From Raillietiella orientalis (lineage: Eukaryota): DNA of 64,000 bases. The translations under genes and the position numbers were made by a program. Where the stretch lies: positions 1,302,001 to 1,366,000 of the forward strand of contig JAYWIR010000012.1 in NCBI GenBank assembly GCA_036172245.1. The letters run 5' to 3'. Shown piece after piece: positions 1 through 10,779 of the stretch. Positions within the stretch are counted from its first letter, which is position 1, and each line of letters begins with the position of its first letter. Under the pieces are notes generated by a model. It worked only from the letters and a program-made list of their open reading frames with translations. It had not been told where the DNA came from and ran no database searches.

Positions 1-499
1 ACCACCGGCTACCTCACCCTCGGACTTCCGGAACGAAGTCCTCTTCACGCCCCGAGGCGGTCAGGAGCGGCAGCGGGGGCGGGGGAAGACGCTGAGACCG
101 AAGAGACCTCAGCTGGAGGCCAGCAGAGCGCTCCGGAAGCCCCAAGGGAAGACCTGTGGGTGAAAGCAGGTCAGAGACCGGGGAGGGGAGAGGAAAGGAG
201 GGACCAGCCTCCTTGCCTCGAGGCGGACTGCTCCTCCACTGCGTCCGCCGCGGATCCAGAGGACGGACGGAAGCCGTGCCGAAGAGGTAGCAGTACCGGA
301 AAAAGGAGGTTCCGTCTGTCTCTACCCCCACCATCCCTCGAGTACCCGCGTGCGGGAATGCAGATGCAAGTGGAAAAATATAGAAAACGAGACTCCTCCC
401 CTTGAGACTCCAGCGCAGCATCCGGCGGCATAACGGGAGGGCTCCGACCGGCGGCACGCAGGCCTCCGCGCAGCTCCTCAACTAGCACGCCGGGGTACG

Positions 500-1500
500 A
501 CGGTCGAGCACAGCTGCATGCCGGCGGCTCCAGAAGTCCTGGCTCCCCGGAGCGGAGCTGAGAGGGAAGAAAACAAACAGACGAGGAGGGTGTGCGTCAG
601 GGCGAGCCCGTTTCCATGTCAACGCGCACTTTTGCCTCAAGGGAAGGACGCCTCCGCCCGAAAACCTCCCGGGCAGATCGCGTGCTCCTATCGTCCGTGG
701 GGGCGCCCCACCAGGACGGAAGCGCCTGCCCTCGTGCGTCGCCGAGGCCGCGCCCTCCCGCTGAGCTCCCGGCGCTACTTCTCTCTGAACTCCTCGTTTG
801 CTGTTTCCCTGGAGACACAGGGGTCTGCGAAGATGAATGCGGTGCGATTTTTCTGCTCTCCACCGTGGGCCGCATTTGTCTGCGGTCCGCTGCTTTCCAG
901 AGGCCCCTCCCTGGGGTCCTCCCGCTCCAGGAAGAGTCCTGGGGGAGGAACGAAGGGAAAAGAAGCTTCGATCCTCCTGACTGTGGGATGTCCAGCTCCT
1001 GGCACGATGGCGAGCTTTGCCCTCGCGTCTTTCGGACGACCCGATCGGAACCTCCTCACCCTCGATGTCTTGGACCCCCCGTCCTTCGAGCCGCAAGAAG
1101 CGCTGCCCGATCGCATCCTTGCCCTCTGGGAAGGAAGGAATGTGCCTCGCAGAGATCCCCCGGGGATGCCCAAGGGTCCCTGGGCTTTTGTGCCCCCATG
1201 AGAGACGGGAAAGTGGAAGACGTGATTCAAGAGTGGGTCACCTCACTCTTGGTCCCCCCTCCTACGAGGTTTGCATGCGCGGCATTTCTCATGGCTGGCT
1301 GCATTGCACAGCGCTCAGTCCATCGATCAGCCCGGAGCAGCGCGGTGTGCCTCGGAAGAGCACAATCACTGAAAACGCGAGCGCTGAAACGCCTTCCATT
1401 ACCGGGACCAGCTTGAAATCCAGGAAAGCTCTCAGGTCTGTGGGGTGAGGCACTGCTGCGTCCCCTCCTCCTCCAAGGCGTAGGATAGCGTGCTCTCAGC
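500..1500 (+). mobile_element. Degenerate L1/Tx1-type LINE, 3' part of ORF2
   Basis: Frameshifted fragments such as EWVTSLLVPPPTRFACAAFLMAG resemble the region before the C-terminal zinc finger (zf-RVT) of L1/Tx1 ORF2. Boundaries approximate. Confidence 0.4.
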
Positions 1501-1544
1501 GTGCCCCTGCGTGTTGGTACCGAGCCACGCCACCATCAGAGTCT

Positions 1545-2560
1545 CACGAGACGCGGTGTTGCCTCTCAACGCGCTCTGAACCGGCGCCCTCAGGATCAAC
1601 CTGCTCTTCTATGCAGATGATCGATGTGGCCCACCCCACACAGAGGTGGTGAAGCGCGCGCACGCCCTCCTTCGGTTGCGCGCGACATCCCGAGGCGCTG
1701 GCAGCCTTCGTGGACGCAGGCGAAGCCACGGGAGCTGACGTCACGAAGGGTCCATCACTTTCCTGGCTTTTGGAATCAGTCAGAGAGCCTGAGCAACGCC
1801 TCCGGTCTAGCCTTCCTCCTGCGCCCGCGCGGACGAACTGCCTGGAGAAAGGAGGACGCTCTGCAGGAGGTGAAGCCGAGATGAAAGTCCAGAGCTGCAG
1901 CTGCACATTCTGCACGAATTCCCGGCTCTTGGAGAGAAGGTCGGCGTGCGCTCTGAAGGCAAACGAACCTCAGGTTCCGACCACCACTTGGAATGAAGTT
2001 TTTCCCAGGCGAGTGGGTGCAGTGGCAGCGCGTCGCCGTTTCGCCGTTGTCATGGACACGGGCAAGAGAACGGGGAGGAAGCCACTTCGGTTGACAGCTG
2101 AGAACTCGGGAACACTGGACGGAACACCCAACCTTCCGTGGAGATTCGCATGAGCTTTCGTATCCGCAGCGCCGAGGCGGAAGGCTCTGCGAAGGCGGCC
2201 TCGGTGACGGTCCAGCACGTCTTCTCCGTTTGCAAGTCCCAACTTCGGAAACAACCAACAAAGCCAGTCCGCCGCCGCGTTTTCAAATTCCGTCCTTATA
2301 GGAGACGCAACCAGGCACCTCCTTGTCTCCCAACCGCGGACGGCTCCGGCCTTTCCTAAAACGGCATGCCCTTGGGCAAAAATCATCCGGAGACCCGCAG
2401 TCGCATGAGATGATTGCGCTGATCCAGAGGCGGCCTCTACGCACGCTCAAGAATTTCGCACGTGTGCGAAGCTCCCCTGGAGCAAGCCGTGCACTTTGTT
2501 CCAGGCGGCTTTTCCTGAGCACGCGTATCGCAAAGGCAAAAAGAGGTCGCCGCTCGGGGT
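1545..2560 (+). mobile_element. Degenerate LINE ORF2 remnant (RT catalytic motif to zf-RVT)
   Basis: LRINLLFYADD with YADD at 1610-1621; downstream TTTWNEV and VTVQHVFSVC (cf. ETxxHLFxxC). Multiple frameshifts. Confidence 0.65.
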
Positions 2561-2654
2561 GACCACGTCCTACCCCGCTCACCTTCGGAAGTCATTCGAC
2601 TTCCGTCTTCCGCCGGGCAAGTACTGATGATGCCAACAGATGGATGACGCAAGT

Positions 2655-2775
2655 GCGAATCGAAAGCGCGGAGATCAGCACTGTTGGTGACGTAGCAGCC
2701 GCGCGAACCGAACGCACAGAGATGCGCATTACTGGTGACGTAGAGATCGGGCGCGAATCTCACGCGAACCGAAAG
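2655..2775. repeat. Short degenerate tandem repeat (~48-60 bp units)
   Basis: GCGAA(T/C)CGAA at 2655, 2703 and 2764; GAGAT...TGGTGACGTAG in the first two units. Confidence 0.55.
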
Positions 2776-4999
2776 TGGGTTTAAACAGCGTTCGGCACAC
2801 GAGGGACTCGGTCACGCCGGAACGTTTATTCAAAGTAAACAAACAGTCGCGTGCCCTGGAGGCACCATCCGGGGAGCGCCGGCATGCGGGTCCGTGGCTA
2901 AGAGAAAGAACGCGCTCAGCGCGGAAGGGTTAAGAGGGCAATAAGCGAATAAAAACAAATAAATACACGAGGCGGGGACGCATCAGGAACAAACGTTTAT
3001 GGCCTCCGGGAAATGAAGGGAGGGCCACTGCGTTTTTGTGTCCCGCTCCTTCCTTGTAGCACCCTCATTGCTGGTGGAGCAGCAACCACGTACGAATTCC
3101 GCCAGGGACGGCGCGCCAGCCGAGTGCGCGTCCTCCCCCGTCGCCTCGAAACAAAAACCGGGGACGATCCTCCCATTTACACGTCGAGCCCCAAGGAAAC
3201 GAACGGGAGTCTGGGAGAAATGGGACTGCGCCTTCGCTTCCTAGGAAATGCCTCAATTTTCCGAATGGAGGACCGCCGTGCACCTCCCCTCACAGTTACC
3301 TAGCACGGGGAAAACACAGATATCGATTGGACTGCTGGAAATGCTGCGAGCTTTCTCTGAGAAGCTCAGTTCACTCCCGGAGTGAACTGAACTGCATCCC
3401 GGGGAAAGCCGTAATAGAGTAATTTTCCCTCTAGTGTGAAAAAGTAGATTTTCGACGGCGTACTTCTGCGTGATCGTAAGTCATCTTACCGTACCATGAT
3501 GAATTGGTCCATCCCATAAAATTTATTACTTCAAACTAGCGATGTGATTTTTCCCAGGGAGGAGAAGGAACCCTTTTAATTGAAATGTACATTTCGGATG
3601 GCCCGTATTATGAGACTGATGGAGATGAAAGAGATTTCGAGGCCAAGTGCTTCTAGTACACGATTTATGATCTTTATCCTCTTATGAAGAAAGTATCTGG
3701 AGCCCAGAAAGCTTTTTCCTGATGCACTTCTTGTTCCAGAAAGCCGATTTTATGTTCCCGGGGCGTGCGATGTAGTTCAGAGGACGCGGAGGCGCTGCTC
3801 GGCCGCTCGCTTAGAAGATCCGGACGCCGGTGGAGAAGCGCCTTTCAGGAGTATGCGCTGGGATCCGGGAGGAATTCGCGCTTCCCCGCTGCATCTTTCG
3901 CATCGAGTCAGCACCAGAGCAGGGAGGCTCTCGACGGACCTTCGTCCGTCCCCCCACTGTCCGCTGTCCCTGAGCATCCCGCAGCAGCTCCGTTGATTTA
4001 TTCAGCTGCTCGTTGTCTTTCTCAGACATCTGCGCCTCCTCTGTCCCATTGCCGCATCCGGTGGCAGAGTTGGAAGACAATCGCAGATCCAGGAAGATGT
4101 GCCCGTCCCCGAGCTTAAGTTGAGCTCATGGGGCATCGTTTCATTGAGTCCGTGTTTGGCTGCTGGTGCCGCAGGAACTGTCGCGCGAATCCCATGAGAC
4201 TCGAAAGCTTTTTGAAACCGGGTGCGCTTTTCCCCATAGCCAGTGACCTGCGTCCTTTGAGAGCGATTTCACTAATGCTCAAGGAGCAGCAACGTTCTTC
4301 TCCACCTCCTCCTTTGTCACTATTGCCTTTCCTCTTTTTCCTTTCCTCCCCCCATCATTCCTTCTCCTCTTCCTCCTCTTCTTTCCATCCTTCTTTCCCC
4401 ACCTCCTCGGGTCTTGCCCCTGGGTACGCGACTGTATGTGCCTTCACGTCGAATGAATGTCCCGGAGTGGACGAATCCCTGTGCATCGAAAGTCAGCCGG
4501 CTCCGCGCGAGCTGAGGTCTCCTCCGCACCGCTTGACCCCATCCCCGCCACACCGAGGCACTGGGTCAGGGGCCGGACAGCGCGGCGAAGGATTCGCCTT
4601 CGAACTGCACTCCGTGTGAATCGATCAATGCGCCCGTGATGCAGGCACTCCGGTTTTTATTGAAACTCCATCCCCGATGCAGGAAATGTACTGGGAGCGT
4701 CGATAAGGTCTCTGACAGCCATCTGATTTGTAAAGCAGAGAGCTCCCGGTATTCATTACGTGGGACGAGGAGGAAATCGGGAGCCGCGTTCATAAATTTG
4801 TGAGCGCTGTCCTGTATTTGTCACGGGGTCCCAGAGGCCTCGGCATTGTTCCGCTCCCCGTGATGCCTCGGTGATCTCTTCAGACGTTGCAAAATTGACC
4901 GGAGCTGAAGAAATGATTTAAACTCCGGCAGGCGCAACCGGGTTGTAAAACGCAACCGGAAATTGCACGAACCGGGAAAGGAAAAGAAAAATAAAGAAA

Positions 5000-5520
5000 A
5001 TGAAATGGGAATTTCAAGGATGCGAAGGAATTCGCCTCCGAGCGCGCGCCTTCCCGCCGCACCGCTCCGACCTTCTCGAGAGGGGTCTTCGAGCACAGCT
5101 CACGAGTGAGCTAGGGAAGAGAGTGTTGGCGATGCACCGAACAGGAGCCGCGACCATTCCCGGAGACGCCGCGCGTCGCTTCGGGATAACTGAGATGCCG
5201 CTGACAATCTGATCTGCGCGCCCGTGGCCTCCTCGCTCGCGACCCCGCCTGTCTGGGCTCCGTTCCGAAATCCCTACGCGTGCCCTGTCCTCCTCTCCTT
5301 CTCATGCTGCACTCGTGGTCTGGCCAGCCGGCGTGCGCGTTTCTGGGCTGGTCCAAAGGCATGCGCGCTCTTGCGGACCGCAGCCGTGCCGAAGATGGAG
5401 AGAACTCTTCGTGCCCTCGCTAAGGGGTCTGTCCGAAGGAGCCGATCCGACTCCTGCTGGACGAGAAGCGCTGCCGCTCTCGCCGAGGGCAACCGAAGGG
5501 AAAAGAGCGCCTGATTTCAG
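5000..5520 (+). mobile_element. Probable LINE ORF2 3' remnant
   Basis: Weak similarity to the zf-RVT/C-terminal region seen in neighbouring copies; heavily decayed. Confidence 0.3.
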
Positions 5521-5715
5521 GATGTCGCCTGATTGGGTTACGAAAAAGCCCTTCCAGGGCCAATCCCCGGGTCGTCGGAGTCCGGAACTCTCGAAAAGCA
5601 CGAAATTAAAATGGTGCGCGCGACATCGCTCAAAGCTGAAGAGCAACTTGCTACTGCCGTTTCCGAAAGGGCACAGCCCTCAGAAGCGACACCATAATTT
5701 CGGAGACAGCCCCCT

Positions 5716-6530
5716 AGGCATCGAGCAACCGGCCACAGCACGAAGTAACTGAGTACCCTGAAGCCGAGGAATATGACCTCGGGGGCTAGGAAGTCAACGT
5801 AGAAGGTCGCGTCGATGGTTTCGAGCTCGCTGAAGAATCTTCCTTGCTGGTGAAGAGGCAGAAGATGTTGTGAAAGTCGAGACGCTGCCAGTCGTAGCCG
5901 TGGATGGCCGGCATGGAGCTCGCATGCCAGACGTAGGACACAATGATGAACCACATCATGAGCGGGAGAATCGTGTCGATAGTCATGAAGAAGAAGGTGA
6001 ATAGAGATCATGGGGTTAAAGAAGATGGCCATCTAGCTAGAGGATGTGGACCGATGTCCTGGGAAACCAGCAACTTCATCACGCCCGTGAACAGGACCAC
6101 GACAAAGCAAATGGCATCGAGATGCTGCTGGATTGTGGAGTACGTGATAACCAGAGGGAAGGTCACTTGGAGGGACAGGTCAGCTACCATCATCTCCAGG
6201 TAGTGCGACCTTAGAGAGCACCAGTGGTTCAGATGCACCATCCGGAAGACTGACCTCTCAAACGGAAAATTGAGGATCGTGGGCAGCATGGCAGTGGGCA
6301 GGACCAACAGCAGACTGATGAATAGGAAGACTCAGCTGAGGATCTTAGAGGTGCCGCTGCCGATCTGCCAGTACAGTGTGCTGATGAGGAGGCTGACGAA
6401 TACGTGGGAGATCAGACGGAGATCGGTGCGCAACCTGTCTCTCAGGATGCACTAAAAGTTTCGGAAGAAGAACATGCAGCACCGCCTCCAGGATCTGTCT
6501 CCCTTCTTCGGTTGCCGCGGTGTAGAATTT
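5716..6530 (-). pseudogene. ABCG-family (ABCG1/ABCG4/white-like) half-transporter pseudogene, membrane domain only, intronless
   Basis: Minus-strand translation RNF*CILRDRLRTDLRLISHVFVSLLISTLYWQIG...AMLPTILNFPFERSVFRMVHLNHWCSLRSHYL...ADLSLQVTFP and later AIHGYDWQRL...FYVDFLAPEVIFLGFRVLSYFVL follows the ABCG1 TM region (MPTVLTFPLE..VF.REHLNYWYSL). In-frame stops at 6452-6454 and 6332-6334 plus frameshifts; no ATPase domain visible. Confidence 0.88.
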
Positions 6531-6619
6531 CAATTCCTCTCCAAGGGGAGCTGAGGAGATGTTGGGATCATTCTCTTTCGCGTTGGAGGCAATGGCACCA
6601 TAGCGACCAAGCGCCGTGC

Positions 6620-9000
6620 TTCTGACGCTGCGGTCGCATAAAAGGGAGCGAATTCAGAGCAGGATGCGCCGGGAGGATTTTGGAGTCCCCGCGCATGGCG
6701 ACTCTGGGATGGCTCGCGCTTCCGCTCTCGCGGCCGGCCGGGTAGATGCCCTCGCCCAGCCGAGAACCGGCCCGACCGCTTCGCGAGCACTCCGAGAGCG
6801 CGGCGGCGGCGGAGAGTCTTCTAAACTGCCCTCGTGGCGGCTCTGCCGGGAGACTCCAGTGTCTCCAGCGGAGCGGACCGGTCGTTCCCCGCTCGAGTAC
6901 TCTGCCAAACCCCCGAAAGAGAGCCGGTGTCTTCCGCGGGACGCCCCTCCAAGGAGCACTCGAGTGCCACTTTCAGAATGAACCACGGCGGCGAGGACGA
7001 GGAGCGGCGCTCCCTCGCCACTGCCACGGGATGCCCTCATTTCTGGAGGGGGGCATTTCGACCTCTCGGGAAGCTCCGTGTCCACATCGATCCATCCTCC
7101 TGATTGAGATCAGGGTCCCAAAGCCCCAGAAGGGGATGAGGGAGGCGTTCCCTGCGCTAGACCGTGGCCTCGACTGCAAAGGAACTTGCAGTATGGCTTC
7201 AGCCTGAGGCAGGACGGACGGGGGATCGGCAACCTCACCCCCTCCAAGCAAGAGACCAAGATGTCGTCCGGATGAGCCGGTCGATCGACCTGCTGCGCAG
7301 GACCGAGGCCCGCCTAAGAATGCGCCTCCGCATCCCCCGGAAGAGGCGCACGCACTGACCTGACCTGCCTCGTGTCCCAGGGAGAGGAGACAGCCGTCTA
7401 CTCCCCGTCACCCCGGAAACAAACGCGGACCGCGACGGTCTTCAAGCAAGAAGGGAAAAAAACGAGGAATGACCTCGACATACGAACAGCACTTTACAAG
7501 GCTTACTCCCAAGGTTTCGGAGGAGCTCGTCTCCAACAAAGCTGGCAGCGTTGGTATGGAAACAGGATCCGAAGATTCCTTTCACTCCGAAAGGGCAACC
7601 GGCAGCGCGTTCTCCCCTGCGGCCTTCTTTCCTGGAAGGTGCTGGGTCCTTCGCGTTTCTCTCACCAGCCATCCTGACTCGCGTCCCGGAGGGAGCGGTC
7701 AGGAGAGGAGTCCAAATCGCGACTCCTGAAACTGGACTGCCCCTCCTGTCGGAGCATGGCGCTCCCCTCTTTTTCGAGCTGCGGGCGGACCCCTCCTCGG
7801 TCTGACGTCCTTAGTTCGGGGACCCACAAGAACCTCAGCTGCAGGACAGCTCTGTTCCCGTTCATCTACTGCCCTCAGGCTCGAAGCGCGTGACGGACAG
7901 CGGGAGCACAACGTGCTGGCTGGCAGGGTGACGTTCCTAAATGTGTTCTATGACGTTTATGTGGGAGCGTTCTGCCCCTCTCCCTCTGGACGAGGGGGCG
8001 CCTTCATCCATGCCTCTGTTTCCAAGCAGCACTCGGCGCTTCGCCGAGAGCATGTGCAGGGACGCTAGCGACCACCCGGACGCGTCCCGAACCAGCGACG
8101 GACTGTTCCAATGAGGCGGCCGATGGATGCTGCGGTCGTCCAGCAGCAGCCGCAGGAGTTTCACGGTTGGGAACAGGGACAGGAGGGAGGGAGCCTTGAC
8201 ATTCATGGTTTTGCGGAACTGGGCGCTGGGAGCCGAGCCCATCTGTCTGTCGGACTTGAGGGGTCTTCACCCCAGGGGTTTCCGGGCAGGAGCGGCGAAA
8301 CGTGTGGAGTGCTGCTCCGCGGTCACAGTTCCGCAGTGGCGCACGCGCCACCTGGCTACACCCACAGAACGGAGGCGCCTACATGCCGCCGGTGGGCTTG
8401 GGGACCTCCCGACCTGGAGACTCCTGCTTCCTCTCCTGTTCGACCGGGCACGCGCTGGTCGGGATTCCTCCCAACCCGCGCCGCCTCATCGCGCATGCGA
8501 GGAAGGCCCGCGGAGATGATCCTTGCTGTCCGCGAGCTGCCCTGTCGAAGATCGAGGGCCATTTTTGAAGATCAGCTCCCCACCCCCTTCATCCTTTCGT
8601 CTTTCAGCTCGTAGACTGAGAAAAAAACGCGCCTGAAAGGTTTCGGGGCGTGTTTCTCGCAGCGATATCCGGGTGACCAAGGGAGGGCAAGGTGGCGTAG
8701 CGTCTCTCCTCCTCCATGGACTGACTGGTTAGAGGAATCTTCCCACAACGCGGCATCGCCGAGTGGCTTCCTGTTCTATCCCTTCGACCGCGACCCGCAG
8801 ACGCGGTGCTTTTCCTCCATTGAGCTCCCTGGAGCGGAAGCAGGTTTCCTGCGCTGTTTCCCACCTCATGGTGGCGGGCGTTCCCTTCGCTGGAAGAAGC
8901 GGAATATGGTAGGGAGACCCAGGTCGGCGGCCAGTGGCTGAGACTTCCGCGCTGCGCGTGGTGCCATGCGTCGCGGGTTGGAATCGCGTTCGGGAAAGAT
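6620..9000 (+). mobile_element. Degenerate L1/Tx1-type LINE ORF2 (end of endonuclease, linker, RT, post-RT)
   Basis: Ordered remnants: GGGESSKL (cf. G.G.WKLN), EARLRMR (cf. GA.IRSR), LFFELRADPSSV*RP (cf. LL.KKGD..NWRP), RRRLHAAGGLGDLP (cf. GGLGLP). 8250-8680 is clearly homologous at DNA level to the minus strand of 17050-17490. Confidence 0.7.
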
Positions 9001-9059
9001 CGTCGCCAGAGAAATGAAGAGTGCATCATGGGTTTCGATTCCCCCTCCCCTTTGAAGGA

Positions 9060-10741
9060 TGACGCTGGTTGATCTTCAGGCTTCGTGTGCAGCGGCACTG
9101 GTGGGAGACAGAAACCCTCGTTGACTCCCCAGATGTGGAAGTGGACTTTCCAGGAACCACGGAGACCATCGAGGTTTCCCCCATCCGGTTGGAGAAGCAG
9201 GGCCGTTCCTCAGCCCTCGGGTGGTACCCTGCACCGCGTTCTATGGAGCTGGTTGACATTTTCCTCGGAGGTTGCCTTTCCAGAATGTCGGAAGTTCTCC
9301 ACTCCCTTCGGGGAGCGCCCTTCTGGGTAATGGGAAACGTCCTTGGGGGTTCTCTTCTGAGGAGTAAAGAAAGACGGTTCCCTTGCGGATTCCCTCCGTA
9401 GAAGAAGTGACAAGGGACTTTCCTTCGTCAGGATTCCCGTCGGGATTTCTGGGGTCGTCGCGAGGCGATTCTGAAGGGATCAGAGGGCGATCCAGTCCAA
9501 CAGCAGGTGCGGGAGGGCCTCCCTCTTCTTCCACCTGACTCACTGAGCTTCCCGTCTCCAGAAAGAACAGGGAACAGATTGCCTCGGGGTTCCTTCCCAA
9601 ACGTAAGAGTGAGTAGCCTTCCTGGACTCATAGGGTTGTCCCTCTGAGGCTGCTCCCCAACTTGAAGAGTTGCATGCGCCTCTTCGGGCGGCATGGACAA
9701 TTTTGTGGACCTTTCAGCACTTGGCGAGCCACACACACAAAAAAAAACAGCTTGAAGGAAAAGAGTGAAGAAGAGAAGAACCCATTGTATTTCCATCACT
9801 CCATGCAGTAGATGCGGTGGGCCTCTTCCACCTTCTTGCCCTAATGCTACCCTCCCTAAGGACGCAAGGAACAGAGTAATCCTGGCAAGGTGGGAAGTGA
9901 AGAAACTTCTGGGCGGGTGAACAACTTTGGAGGGCAAGGACGCTGCGACCCGAGTATGCCGCAGAAAGGACTTCTACGCTAGGGCGAGCTACTTACGATA
10001 TCTCCGGAGGAGGTGAAGTGGCCTCCGGCATGCTAGAACAGCGACACCCTTCCCTCGAGTGATAGGAATCGGCGTTGCTGGTGTTGCATGGGAGAATCCC
10101 TTGCAAAGAGCGCCTTCCTCATCAAACACGAGGGAGTTGGATGCTAACTGTAGAAGCTGCAGAGAACAGGAGACTCTCCCACACCTTCTGGTGGATTGTG
10201 CCGCCCTCCGACCCCTTTGGGATCGCTTCTCGACGACTCTAGGAATCACGGTTGGCGGTCCCAAGGGAATCTGCAAACATCTCTTCGTCCGTGGTGCCGC
10301 TCTGCCGCCAGTCGCGTCCCTCGCAGCCCTCTGCTGTGTTCACGGGATCGTTGGGCAGCGTGGAAGGCCAGAAGAATAGGCTGAATTGTCAGGGGCGCCA
10401 GCCTCTGAGCAGACATCTTCCTGAAGACCGTCGTGAGATGGCCTCACCTGGGCGCTATACGGGCGGAACTTGCATCTTGAATAAAATGCTGAGGACGCCC
10501 GGAGGCGTACTGTGACCTGTTCCTTGGTCTCCCCCCCCCTTCCTTGTGTATGGCTCCCCCTCTTCGGTTATTTTTGATCATTTTTGTTGTTGCTGTTGTT
10601 GTTTTCTCCTCTTCTAGCTGAGCTGAGTGGTGCCAGAGCAGCCCTTGCCGGTCTGCGTGCTGCTCTTCGGCAGGTTTACTGCGCGTGGTAGAACCAACGG
10701 TTCCATCAAAATAAAGTATTTTCATCATCTTATGAAAAAAA
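9060..10741 (+). mobile_element. Internally deleted L1/Tx1-type LINE (ORF1-like piece plus ORF2 C-terminus and 3' end)
   Basis: LLVLHGRIPCKERL...CRSCREQETLPHLLVDCAALRPLWDRF is a typical zf-RVT; AATAAA near 10709 and a short A tail at ~10735-10741. Confidence 0.8.
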
Positions 10742-10779
10742 CCCTTCTGCATAACCAGGTAGTGATCACCCTGAGAACG

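Noticed and set aside
2624..2670. CTGATGA...GAAA hammerhead-like core
   Set aside because: Stem II and the flanking stems do not pair as required.
3440..3740. Exon-like segment with GTAAGT donor and TTTTCCCAG acceptor
   Set aside because: Following frame has stops and no recognisable protein.
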